Origin: a virus
Taxonomy: Duplodnaviria > Caudoviricetes
DNA: 61,656 nucleotides
IMG/VR virus record: IMGVR_UViG_3300028897_000348
Coordinates: 1 to 61,656 of that record
Direction: 5' to 3' (one strand)
The notes under the pieces were generated by a model. It worked only from the letters and a program-made list of their open reading frames with translations. It ran no database searches and was not told the DNA's origin. Position numbers and translations under genes: made by a program. Shown here piece after piece: positions 37,485 to 46,499 of this stretch (positions within the stretch are counted from its first letter, which is position 1; each line of letters begins with the position of its first letter).

Positions 37485-37877
37485 CTAGGCGTCCATCCAG
37501 GACTCTTCTATATAACTAAGTTCCTTAATAACAAGACCACTTTCTTTTAATGAATCTAGAACTTTAGTTTTAAATTCTCGTAATGTCTCATCGTCTTTCA
37601 TCTTACTAACTAACTTTCCTATAAGAATGTCATCATAATCAAACCTTCTTTGTACAGTCAGATCATACTTGTTAAAATGTTCATGGAGAAATTCAGTTAA
37701 TACTTCTTCACACTCATCATACTCATCGTCTTCTGTTTCTGTCAAACCATGTTCCGTTTTGTATTCATCAAACTCCTTCTTTAATCTTCTTTTTAAACTG
37801 CTTTCGTCAGTTTGTATTCCCCACGCAACAAAACTACAAGAACTAGAGTTAGTTACAAAATCACACTTTACTTTCAT
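37485..37877 (-). CDS. TNSSS-tag family protein 5 (MKVKCDFVTNSSSCSF)
   Basis: Same N-terminal motif as the four ORFs at 10225-11992. Confidence 0.85.
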   Translation of the reverse strand: MKVKCDFVTNSSSCSFVAWGIQTDESSLKRRLKKEFDEYKTEHGLTETEDDEYDECEEVLTEFLHEHFNKYDLTVQRRFDYDDILIGKLVSKMKDDETLREFKTKVLDSLKESGLVIKELSYIEESWMDA

Positions 37878-38146
37878 TTCTTCTTTTTCCTCATTCTTTC
37901 CGTATCAGCAATATCTTTATCACATTGCTTGATTTGTTGTTCTATCAGTAATAAAGTAGAAGTAACATCAACTTCTTCTTTCTTGGCTTCTAACTCATTT
38001 CGTTTAACAACTAACTCCTCTCTTTTCTTAATAAGACTTTCTAATTTAATTTCATGTCTATTTAAATATGGTCTTACTATAAACTTCATACCTATCCAAA
38101 CGATAACAACAATTATCACTATTGTTATAAGTGATTGTGCTAACAT
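37874..38146 (-). CDS. Single-pass membrane protein with coiled coil
   Basis: N-terminal TM segment and heptad-rich C-terminus; AGGAG RBS. Confidence 0.75.
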   Translation of the reverse strand: MLAQSLITIVIIVVIVWIGMKFIVRPYLNRHEIKLESLIKKREELVVKRNELEAKKEEVDVTSTLLLIEQQIKQCDKDIADTERMRKKKK

Positions 38147-38173
38147 ATAACTCTCCTATTTAGAATTTTGAAA

Positions 38174-38209
38174 CATTCCTGGAACTAAGAAAATTAGTCC
38201 CAGGAATAT
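38174..38209. terminator. Imperfect hairpin downstream of the SPFH gene
   Basis: ATTCCTGG-ACTAA / TTAGT-CCAGGAAT. Confidence 0.5.
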
Positions 38210-38217
38210 TAGAACAC

Positions 38218-39486
38218 TTACTTATTAGAAACAGCACCCTTTGGGATGCTAAAGTCTAAACCCAATTGCTTCACAGCCATTAAAGATATAACTTCAGACA
38301 TCGAAAGGGAGTCGCCATCAGTAGGAGTTTTTGATCCTCCCATTATAACAGTAGGAACTAATCTCTTTGAATGAGCATCGGCCCATATTGCCATAACTTT
38401 CTCATATGTTTCAAGTTTCTGTTTCAAAGCACCATCAGCAGCAAGAACTAGACGTTTCCTCTCAGCTTCACCCTGTCCAAGAAGGATCTGTTCTTGTTTC
38501 TTAAGCGCAGCTGCTTCCTTATCAAGCGCAGCAACTTCCTTTCTTTGCTCAGCAGCAATAACGTTGACTTCTTTTTCTCTATTTGCAACAACTACAGCTC
38601 GGACTTTAATCTGTTCCTCTTCATATCGTGCTTTTGCTACATTCGCTTTGCCCTGCGCTTCAAGAGTCAGTTTATTTTGCTCAGCTTCCTGGGCTTTTGC
38701 TTTAGCAGTTGCAACCGCCATTAATGCTTCCTGCTGTGTAGCGATCTGACTATTTACTTTACCTTCGTAAACAAACTTTTTAATTTCAAAGTTTTGTAAA
38801 AGAATACCAGTTCCTTCTAGAGGATTAGGATGATGAAGAGAATTTCCATTTTCATCTCGTTTTACTACTTTGAACGATTTAGTGACCATCTCACCAGAAA
38901 TCATATCCGTTATTTTCCTCTCCTCAGAAGTAGTCTGATACATTCCTTTTATAATCTGCTCTCTAGCCCACATCACATAGTCAGCCCTCTTTGTAGAATA
39001 ACTTTCTCTAGCAGTCATAAGGTTTGCTGTTAACCTTAAAACGTTTCTGATTGTAGGAAGAATCAATTTCTGTTCCACATCTTTGTATGTTTTATGACCA
39101 CGTACAGTTGTCAAAGCAATCGCTTCAGATTCTGTAGTTGGAAGAATAATACGTAAAGTTCCTGAAAGATTACATAAAGATCCATCTACAAATCTTACTT
39201 CAATACTCTGGTCAACTTTTTCTCCCTCTAATACATCAGCTGTAAAGAAGAAAGTTTCTGCCTTTGGCCATGTTTCAATATCACCAAAGAACTGAAACCA
39301 CAAACCAGGGTCCATTTTGGCGGACATGGTTCCAGATACAGCAGCTTGTTTTATCTGATATGTTCCTTTTTCAACTGTTTCTATAATACTTCCTCCTACA
39401 ATCAAACCAGCTAAAATGATTATGATTATAAGAACCAAACCTATCATCTTTTTACTTCCCATTCGTTGTTCTCCTTTTCTATACAA
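38218..39486 (-). CDS. SPFH/band-7 domain membrane protein with coiled-coil tail
   Basis: N-terminal TM, PGLWFQ, IEVRFVDG and an Ala/Glu-rich AEA coiled coil; start probably MGSKK. Confidence 0.8.
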   Translation of the reverse strand: MYRKGEQRMGSKKMIGLVLIIIIILAGLIVGGSIIETVEKGTYQIKQAAVSGTMSAKMDPGLWFQFFGDIETWPKAETFFFTADVLEGEKVDQSIEVRFVDGSLCNLSGTLRIILPTTESEAIALTTVRGHKTYKDVEQKLILPTIRNVLRLTANLMTARESYSTKRADYVMWAREQIIKGMYQTTSEERKITDMISGEMVTKSFKVVKRDENGNSLHHPNPLEGTGILLQNFEIKKFVYEGKVNSQIATQQEALMAVATAKAKAQEAEQNKLTLEAQGKANVAKARYEEEQIKVRAVVVANREKEVNVIAAEQRKEVAALDKEAAALKKQEQILLGQGEAERKRLVLAADGALKQKLETYEKVMAIWADAHSKRLVPTVIMGGSKTPTDGDSLSMSEVISLMAVKQLGLDFSIPKGAVSNK

Positions 39487-40207
39487 ATTCTACTACTATA
39501 CTTTTCGTAAAAGGTTTAATATAAAAATCAAAATACCATTGTTTGTCTACATCATTTAATTCCATCATTTTCGTTGTTTGTTTAGTTATCTCAATATTAC
39601 CAAGTTCTTTTAAAACTACAGTATATTTATCACTCCCCTCTATTGGAATACAAAACATTTCTGGGTCTTTTGAAAATAGTATTTTATCTTTGATCTCTTG
39701 TAGACGTTTAAAGATCCTAGATGGAATGTTGAAATTTATCTTTGTAATTTCATTATAAATTTGATCAATTCTTTCATACCTATACGGAACTCCCTTTATT
39801 AATGACTCAGTCCCATCAAAAGCAAGGTACTTAGATCTATCAAAAGAAATAATAAAAACTTCAAATATAGAACGAAGTTCAAGAGGAATAAAATCTGTGA
39901 TCGTTTCTGTAAGAGTTCTTGTCACAATAATTCCATCATATTGTCTTAAGATTAACTCATCACTACTAACTTTATTTCTTAAAAGATATTCATCAACTAA
40001 GTAATTTGTTTGACTTCTCAATACATTAACTAACCTAGGGTTCTCCCTCATCAACTTTCCGATCTGAATATTTCTCTCTTTTTTATTATTCTTATCTATA
40101 TTTAACATATTAAACCCTAGTCTCTCTAGAATCGTATAATGACAAGCTCGAATATCATATAAATAGATATTTCTTAAAACTAACTTACAACTCTTATTTA
40201 TATCCAT
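39479..40207 (-). CDS. Possible stand-alone DNA polymerase palm-like protein
   Basis: YLYDIRACHYTIL (motif A-like) and LRQYDGII (motif C-like), plus a later IKG. Confidence 0.45.
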   Translation of the reverse strand: MDINKSCKLVLRNIYLYDIRACHYTILERLGFNMLNIDKNNKKERNIQIGKLMRENPRLVNVLRSQTNYLVDEYLLRNKVSSDELILRQYDGIIVTRTLTETITDFIPLELRSIFEVFIISFDRSKYLAFDGTESLIKGVPYRYERIDQIYNEITKINFNIPSRIFKRLQEIKDKILFSKDPEMFCIPIEGSDKYTVVLKELGNIEITKQTTKMMELNDVDKQWYFDFYIKPFTKSIVVEFV

Positions 40208-40282
40208 CTCTTTAAAGTACTAGTAGTAGAAGAGAACTTCCCAGCTAAGTTCTTATAGTTCCTACTACTAATACTTGCCCTT

Positions 40283-41029
40283 CTATTGTAAACTTCGAAT
40301 CAAGATATTATCAATTTGAAGATGATGATTAATATCCATAACAGTTTTTTGTCGTTCCAAGAACCAGTTTACAGTATCTTGTTTCGTTTTAATCTCACCA
40401 ATATGTTTAACTATTTGTTTATACAAAATTTGTAAAGATTCTGTATCTTCTGGAAGAACCAACTTCGCCATTAGGTCTTCTGTATTCCTATGAATTACAA
40501 CTAGGCTAGAATCTTTTCTCTTTACTTTCGTTATGGCGTATGAAATTATCTGGTTATCTATGTTTTTACAAAACACAACAAATAAACCAGTTTTTACTCC
40601 ATAACATTTTAGAAAGATATCGTTGTAATTATAGATGATTTTAAAACCGTTACTAAAGACATCCATCGCCAAACCTGGAAGATCAAGAACTGGAGTTATA
40701 TCAGCATCTTCAAATATAAACAACTTTCGTTTCTGACTTTCTGTTTGATCTAGAGTAGACACAGACATAATTAAGGTCTTAGATGAGTCAATTCCCCTAA
40801 TTGCTACCTTTACATGATTTACATTATCAAACCTCTCATGATTCTGTTCAAACCATGTAGAAAGGGCCACAGTTTTTATCACATCAATAGTTTGAGACTC
40901 TTCTTCCGGCGATTCCGGAATACTTTGTGTATCATCTCTCACATTCTCAGGGGTATCTAAATCTTCTTCAGAAAATCTTACAGGTTCTTCTGGACGTTTA
41001 ATCATATCTGTTAAATTTTCATTATCCAT
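40283..41029 (-). CDS. Hypothetical protein with acidic N-terminus
   Basis: 248-aa ORF with AAGGAG RBS. Confidence 0.75.
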   Translation of the reverse strand: MDNENLTDMIKRPEEPVRFSEEDLDTPENVRDDTQSIPESPEEESQTIDVIKTVALSTWFEQNHERFDNVNHVKVAIRGIDSSKTLIMSVSTLDQTESQKRKLFIFEDADITPVLDLPGLAMDVFSNGFKIIYNYNDIFLKCYGVKTGLFVVFCKNIDNQIISYAITKVKRKDSSLVVIHRNTEDLMAKLVLPEDTESLQILYKQIVKHIGEIKTKQDTVNWFLERQKTVMDINHHLQIDNILIRSLQ

Positions 41030-41062
41030 TTAGTGTTCTCCTTTCATAGACATTCTAAAACT

Positions 41063-41389
41063 TCACAATTCTGGTCGCCACTTAGAAACGTCGATTTCAG
41101 TATACGATTCCAACGCAGCGCCTGCTAAAGTCATTATTTTAATAAGTGCGTCGTACGTAGTCACTGGCGCAGACTTTTGTATTTGTAACTCCCTACAAGA
41201 AACCAACCAAGACGGAAGTTCATTAGTCCAGTCCTCAGTATATGATTTGTCTGCTCGTGTAATATACGCTCTCAAAAAAGTTAACACACTAGCCATATTT
41301 AAACAATCGTTTAGTTCGTATCTACCAAATTCCTTTGTTTGATATCGTCTTTCTTTCTTATATAATTCAACTACTTCTTCATATGTCAT
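41063..41389 (-). CDS. Helical protein, possibly all-alpha NTP pyrophosphatase (MazG-like)
   Basis: ERRYQ near the N-terminus and LIKIMTLAGAALE at the C-terminus. Confidence 0.4.
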   Translation of the reverse strand: MTYEEVVELYKKERRYQTKEFGRYELNDCLNMASVLTFLRAYITRADKSYTEDWTNELPSWLVSCRELQIQKSAPVTTYDALIKIMTLAGAALESYTEIDVSKWRPEL

Positions 41390-41403
41390 TACTAACCCTT
41401 TTT

Positions 41404-41565
41404 CTAAGGTTCATCTTTAGTAAAGAATAATTTAACTAAAGTAAAGATCCACTTCTCATACAACTTACAAATTCTTCTACATGTTTTAACAGAAAAGTTA
41501 TGTTCCCTAAGTCTACAGTAAATATGCAGAGGATTTAAGAAATGTTGAAATCTTATTGGAATCAT
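41404..41565 (-). CDS. Small protein (53 aa, MIPIRFQHFLNPLHIYCRLREH...), not in the ORF track
   Basis: Read by hand; fills the gap in the operon. Confidence 0.6.
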   Translation of the reverse strand: MIPIRFQHFLNPLHIYCRLREHNFSVKTCRRICKLYEKWIFTLVKLFFTKDEP

Positions 41566-41589
41566 CTTTTAAGTCTATCCTACTTTTTT

Positions 41590-42327
41590 TTATTTTTTTG
41601 TTCTCCTATTACCAAAAACTTCATTGCCAAGCAATCTATTCAAATAAAGCCAGTTAGAAAAAAGTTTATTTGAATAATCAGATAAATACTCTAAAACAAT
41701 ATCACCACTCCACTTATAGTTCCTTAGTTTTCTTACAAAATCTACTAACCTAAGTTCTCCTTTCTCAGCTGTAAAAGGACGATGTCCCTTTCTATCCACT
41801 CGATTCGATAAGTGAATTATAGAAATTTCAGGTAATAAATAACTAAATATTTTATCTTCAAACCAAACAACTTCTGAATGACTCGTATCAAAAGTAATCT
41901 TTACATTTGGAAATCTTCTACAAACATCATAAATCTGGAGTGGACTTCTCAACTCTTTCTTCCTTTTCCACAAGAAATTCTCAATACAAAGTTCATAAGA
42001 TCTTTCATAACATATAAAATAACTTATAAATTTCGTTATACTTCTGTTAGGATGTATTACAAATTTTTGTACGTTAATATTATTATAGAAGAAGTCCATT
42101 AAATCTATTATAACTGAAAACTCTAATGATAGACAATTAATAGGAAGATGAACTATATTTACAAGTATTTTTTTATCTTTAATTATAGAAACTAAATCTT
42201 CTTTGAATTTAAAATAAGTTACATTCTGAGAAATAGATAATTGAATTGGTATATAAAAGGAATGATTTCCAAGTCTAATTAAAGAACTCTCATTTTTTAT
42301 TCCAAAAGATATCAACGTATTTATCAT
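41590..42327 (-). CDS. Xylose isomerase / AP endonuclease 2-like TIM barrel protein
   Basis: VHLP, VIHP, CIEN, TFDTSH, IHLSN, H and VLE metal-binding motifs. Confidence 0.75.
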   Translation of the reverse strand: MINTLISFGIKNESSLIRLGNHSFYIPIQLSISQNVTYFKFKEDLVSIIKDKKILVNIVHLPINCLSLEFSVIIDLMDFFYNNINVQKFVIHPNRSITKFISYFICYERSYELCIENFLWKRKKELRSPLQIYDVCRRFPNVKITFDTSHSEVVWFEDKIFSYLLPEISIIHLSNRVDRKGHRPFTAEKGELRLVDFVRKLRNYKWSGDIVLEYLSDYSNKLFSNWLYLNRLLGNEVFGNRRTKK

Positions 42328-42339
42328 AACATTAATTTC

Positions 42340-43218
42340 CTAAATGTAGTAAGTATCGTCGAATCCCCCTTCAATTCCTTTCCAGTTTATTGCGATCGCC
42401 TCAGAAGTATGTATCGACTCTTCATGTATACATTTAATTATCCAATCAAAAAAGTCCTCTCGACCCTCAAGTGCTTTAGATATCTCTCGTATCGTATCTT
42501 CAACAAACATCGGGTTCTTAGCCGCGACCTTGGCTATTTCTTGTTCATCAACACGCTTTATTACAGGATATGGAAGAGTTTTTATAGCATCTTCTACTGT
42601 TTCAATAATATCTTCCAACCAAACATAATGTCTTTCTACTACTTGTACTAAAACATCAACAAAAGACCTTTGAGCATGTGGAAATCCCAAAATTTCTTTC
42701 TTCGATAAATCATTACAAAGCTCCGCTGAACATGGACAATATGAGGAATATTGTATTCTAACACCTTGAAAAAACTTAAAAGCATTAGCAGACCAACTTC
42801 CTTTACTTGATATTTCTGTAAGTTGTCCCTCAAATCTACATTTATAATAAATTGGAAATTCATTATCAGAAACTGGTGATCTCTTAATTATTGGTAATCT
42901 AAACTCAAATTTCATAAAACTGTTTGTAGAACCAATATTTATTTTTAGATCTTCTAATATTTCTCTTATTAAAATATGTTTCAATGGTTTTTCAAGATAT
43001 TCCTTTAAAGTAAGTATTAGTCTTGACATAGAAATACCTCTAACAGAAGGACCTAAACTAGTTCGCATCGAGACTCGAGCTACTAAGTCAGAAAATCCAC
43101 CGTACTTCAATTCCAGTTTAAACGGAACTTCTAAGTTCTCAATACCTACTTGTTGAATTGGAATCTCAATTTTAGGTCTTGTTTGTTGAATGTCTGATAA
43201 ATCATCTTTTTCCATCAT
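42340..43218 (-). CDS. folE2: GTP cyclohydrolase IB
   Basis: DIQ, QVGI, RGISMSR, SYCPCS, PHAQRS, KRVDEQ, NPMFVED and EESIH. Confidence 0.92.
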   Translation of the reverse strand: MMEKDDLSDIQQTRPKIEIPIQQVGIENLEVPFKLELKYGGFSDLVARVSMRTSLGPSVRGISMSRLILTLKEYLEKPLKHILIREILEDLKINIGSTNSFMKFEFRLPIIKRSPVSDNEFPIYYKCRFEGQLTEISSKGSWSANAFKFFQGVRIQYSSYCPCSAELCNDLSKKEILGFPHAQRSFVDVLVQVVERHYVWLEDIIETVEDAIKTLPYPVIKRVDEQEIAKVAAKNPMFVEDTIREISKALEGREDFFDWIIKCIHEESIHTSEAIAINWKGIEGGFDDTYYI

Positions 43219-43221
43219 AGT

Positions 43222-46200
43222 TTATTCCTTATCTCTAGAAAGTCTAGTTTTTCTATGTTCCACCCCTAAAACAGTTAAATACGCATTTAATAATTTTACA
43301 GACTCAGGTACACTATCAACTTCTTCTTTTGGAATCAAATCCGTTTGTATATAATTTCGAATATATTCGTTTTTCAAGTCAATACAATCAGATTTAGTTG
43401 TAAGAAATTCATGAAGATCAGATGGAACATCATGAGCGATTAGACATGCAGTTTCCATTTCACCGCATCTTTGTCCACCTTTATTTTTTCTTCCTCCTAA
43501 TGGCTGTAATGTTCTCCTAGCATATGAACCAATTCCCCTCGATGATAATCTCTCTTCAGCTATATGGACCATCTTAAAAAAATAGATAAAACCTGCTGCA
43601 ATATCATTTTCAAGATTAGTTTTCGATACTGGATCAAAGATATTATATTTAAATTTAGTACCTGTATATTCTAATGCTTTTGTAACCTGTTCTTTTGTAA
43701 CAGATTCAAAAGGTGATTGTATCAAAGTTAACTCTTCTACAAAACTTTCATCTATAACTTTGGGACATTGATCTATAAATTGTTTAGAATACCAGTTATC
43801 TTTTGTATTATCTATTATTTTGATATAATCTAACAGATACTTTTTAATTTCCTTATTATTTTGATTGTTTTTTATTTTCTCAAGAAGTTTATCTTTCAAG
43901 TCATTCAATGACATTGCGAGATGGAGTTCAAATAACTGACCAATATTCATTCTTGAAATTATTCCAAGAGGGTTAATACATATGTCTACATGTCTACCAT
44001 CTTCTAATTGTGGCATTTTCTCATGCTCAACAATTTGAGAAATAACTCCTTTATTTCCATGTCGATTTGCAATTTTATCACCAACTTGAATTTGTCTTGA
44101 AAAAACTCCGAACATCTCAACAAATATTCCATTTATACGTTCTCGTTTATTCTTATATTTTCCAACGAACGAAAATTTATCAAGTCCTTTCTCCCGAATA
44201 ATTCTAGAAGCTACTTCTTTAGGAAACATGTCATACAAAATCTTTTTGAAATAATTCTCTTGTTTTTGTTGAGAACTTATCTTTTCATTTACCCATCGTT
44301 TAAATTCTGGTATTTCTTCATCCCAAACGTTTGGATATATATTTGTTTCTGTTATAATAAGTTTTTTCTCAGCTTCCAAACTTATTTCTTCTTCAAAAAC
44401 TGAGAAATAATCGTCAGAAGAAACTTCTTTTAAAATGGCGTAAGGATTCCCAACTTCTATAGTTTCATATATATTTGGAAGTGGTTTATAACTTTCTTCA
44501 CTCAAACTTAAAAGTACTTTATTTGGTGGTAATGTAAATGACAAATCTTTATAATGGACCGAAGTAAAAATACCACTATTAACTAACTTGTCTGAAACTA
44601 CAATCCCATCTTCATAATTATTTCCATAATAAGACATAACAGCAGTTAGAAGATTCTTTCCAAAACGTACTTCTCCATTTTTACAGAAATTACTTTCTGC
44701 TAAAATATCACCAGCCTTAAATTTATCTCCTACCTTGACATACACACTCATAAAGTCCATATTTTCAACATAAATTTTCCTATATGATACATCAAAAATA
44801 TCAACGTCTTTGTCTTCATATACTACTATAATATAATTCATATCTTGATAAACAACATCGCCATCCTTTTTCGCTCTTTTTACAAACTGAGTAAAATCAG
44901 TATATAGTCCTTCGCAACCAGATTGAATCATTGGAGTATCAAATTCTTTTAACATAATAGATTGTCGCATTTGAGATGACGCCATTTGTAATCTAGTTTG
45001 ATCATCATGCTCAAGAAACGGAACAAACGAAACTGGAATTGAAACAGGTTGATTTTCTAACGTTTCTTCTGTAAACCGTAAATCATCATCTAAATGAACA
45101 TTTAAAATTAAATCTTGTAAAACTCCACAATTATCTCGGTCTGGAGTATCCACAGGACATATTCTTCCAAACATTGATGGATATATATCTCGAAGATGCG
45201 CAGGAACATTCTCTCTCTTAAATCCACCTGGACCTAGAAGACTTATTCTAGAAAGTCGAGTTAGTTCTTCTATTGGGTTAATAGAAAAGTCAAATTGAAT
45301 AATATCAGAAACATTACATTCAGATAAGATCTGCGTTGAATTTACATTAAACTTTGGTTGTCTTGTAGACCTATTAGACAAACATAAATCAAAAATAGAC
45401 TTTGCAACCTTTGACAATACTATATATTCAAAACATCTTACTCGTTTATTAGTAAATAGAGTGTCGTCTAGTTCTTCTTTTTCAATCACAGAAACCAACT
45501 CGTCCAGAACATTATCTTTCTCAAAAAATCTTCTTGACATAATGTCGACTTTCAACATTAAATCGAGAGCGTAAACGATATCTTCTCCTTTTGATTTGGA
45601 ATTAAACTTCGAATAGTTTCTTCCTAACTCAAGTATAAAATCGTCTTGCGTCATTCCTTTAGACTCGACCTCGTATAACTTTAAATCACTCATCAACTTA
45701 TTAATCATGTTATCAGTTTTTGGTCTTAACTCCGAAATCTTATATTTCTCTTCTATCTTCTCAGGACCAAAATATGAAAGCATTAAAAGAGCAAGAGGAA
45801 CTTTTTTATTTAAGAAAGTGACTTTAATATATGGATATTCTTTGTCCTCAGAAATAGTTATAGAAGCTACATTAGTACGTAACTTAATATTGTCTCCTCT
45901 TGTAACAATTGGAATATCCATCAATTGAAATTGTGGAACTTTCTTTCGCCCATTGATAACAATGTAATTATGGTCAACTAGTTTTGGCACTAACATACTT
46001 ATATCAATTTCAGAACTACCTTTCTGGAGTTTGATAACTAAGTTATTTCTCAATGTTTTACTTAATTCACCAGAAGAGAACTTATGTTCTCGAAAGTCCA
46101 ACTCTGATATTGTAAAACCTAACTCCTCTACAGGTTTTAGTATTTCTACAATATTGTCTAAAATCTTTACATACTCCTTCTCCCTAATAATAAAGATATT

Positions 46201-46257
46201 TCTATCTTTGTTTACTTTAAAATATGGATTTATTATATTCAACTTCTCTCCCCCCAC
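43222..46257 (-). CDS. rpoB: Phage multisubunit RNA polymerase beta subunit
   Basis: LGPGG, GRICPVDTPD, PFLEHDD, NYEDG, GDKIANRHGNKGVIS, NPLGIISRMNIGQ and QPLGGR..GGQRCGEME. Confidence 0.93.
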   Translation of the reverse strand: MGGEKLNIINPYFKVNKDRNIFIIREKEYVKILDNIVEILKPVEELGFTISELDFREHKFSSGELSKTLRNNLVIKLQKGSSEIDISMLVPKLVDHNYIVINGRKKVPQFQLMDIPIVTRGDNIKLRTNVASITISEDKEYPYIKVTFLNKKVPLALLMLSYFGPEKIEEKYKISELRPKTDNMINKLMSDLKLYEVESKGMTQDDFILELGRNYSKFNSKSKGEDIVYALDLMLKVDIMSRRFFEKDNVLDELVSVIEKEELDDTLFTNKRVRCFEYIVLSKVAKSIFDLCLSNRSTRQPKFNVNSTQILSECNVSDIIQFDFSINPIEELTRLSRISLLGPGGFKRENVPAHLRDIYPSMFGRICPVDTPDRDNCGVLQDLILNVHLDDDLRFTEETLENQPVSIPVSFVPFLEHDDQTRLQMASSQMRQSIMLKEFDTPMIQSGCEGLYTDFTQFVKRAKKDGDVVYQDMNYIIVVYEDKDVDIFDVSYRKIYVENMDFMSVYVKVGDKFKAGDILAESNFCKNGEVRFGKNLLTAVMSYYGNNYEDGIVVSDKLVNSGIFTSVHYKDLSFTLPPNKVLLSLSEESYKPLPNIYETIEVGNPYAILKEVSSDDYFSVFEEEISLEAEKKLIITETNIYPNVWDEEIPEFKRWVNEKISSQQKQENYFKKILYDMFPKEVASRIIREKGLDKFSFVGKYKNKRERINGIFVEMFGVFSRQIQVGDKIANRHGNKGVISQIVEHEKMPQLEDGRHVDICINPLGIISRMNIGQLFELHLAMSLNDLKDKLLEKIKNNQNNKEIKKYLLDYIKIIDNTKDNWYSKQFIDQCPKVIDESFVEELTLIQSPFESVTKEQVTKALEYTGTKFKYNIFDPVSKTNLENDIAAGFIYFFKMVHIAEERLSSRGIGSYARRTLQPLGGRKNKGGQRCGEMETACLIAHDVPSDLHEFLTTKSDCIDLKNEYIRNYIQTDLIPKEEVDSVPESVKLLNAYLTVLGVEHRKTRLSRDKE

Positions 46258-46499
46258 TCCTGTTTTAAGTTTTCTGGAAGACCATGGTAAACCTCTTCAA
46301 GTAGTCTTAAAAGAGAATCATCAGAAAAGTCAGTTAAAAAGTTCAACCCCATCTTACGTTCTACTACATAATCTTTATGACTACTTCTTGAATAGTAAAA
46401 TCTTAAAGTTTTAAACAGTTTCCTTCTAATTCGTTTTCGAGATACAGAAGTTCTTTTTAATTCTTCCATTAATTCAGAAATATTTGCGTCAAGCATCAA
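46239..46499 (-). CDS. Small basic protein between the RNAP subunit genes
   Basis: 86-aa ORF overlapping both neighbours. Confidence 0.6.
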   Translation of the reverse strand: MMLDANISELMEELKRTSVSRKRIRRKLFKTLRFYYSRSSHKDYVVERKMGLNFLTDFSDDSLLRLLEEVYHGLPENLKQEWGERS

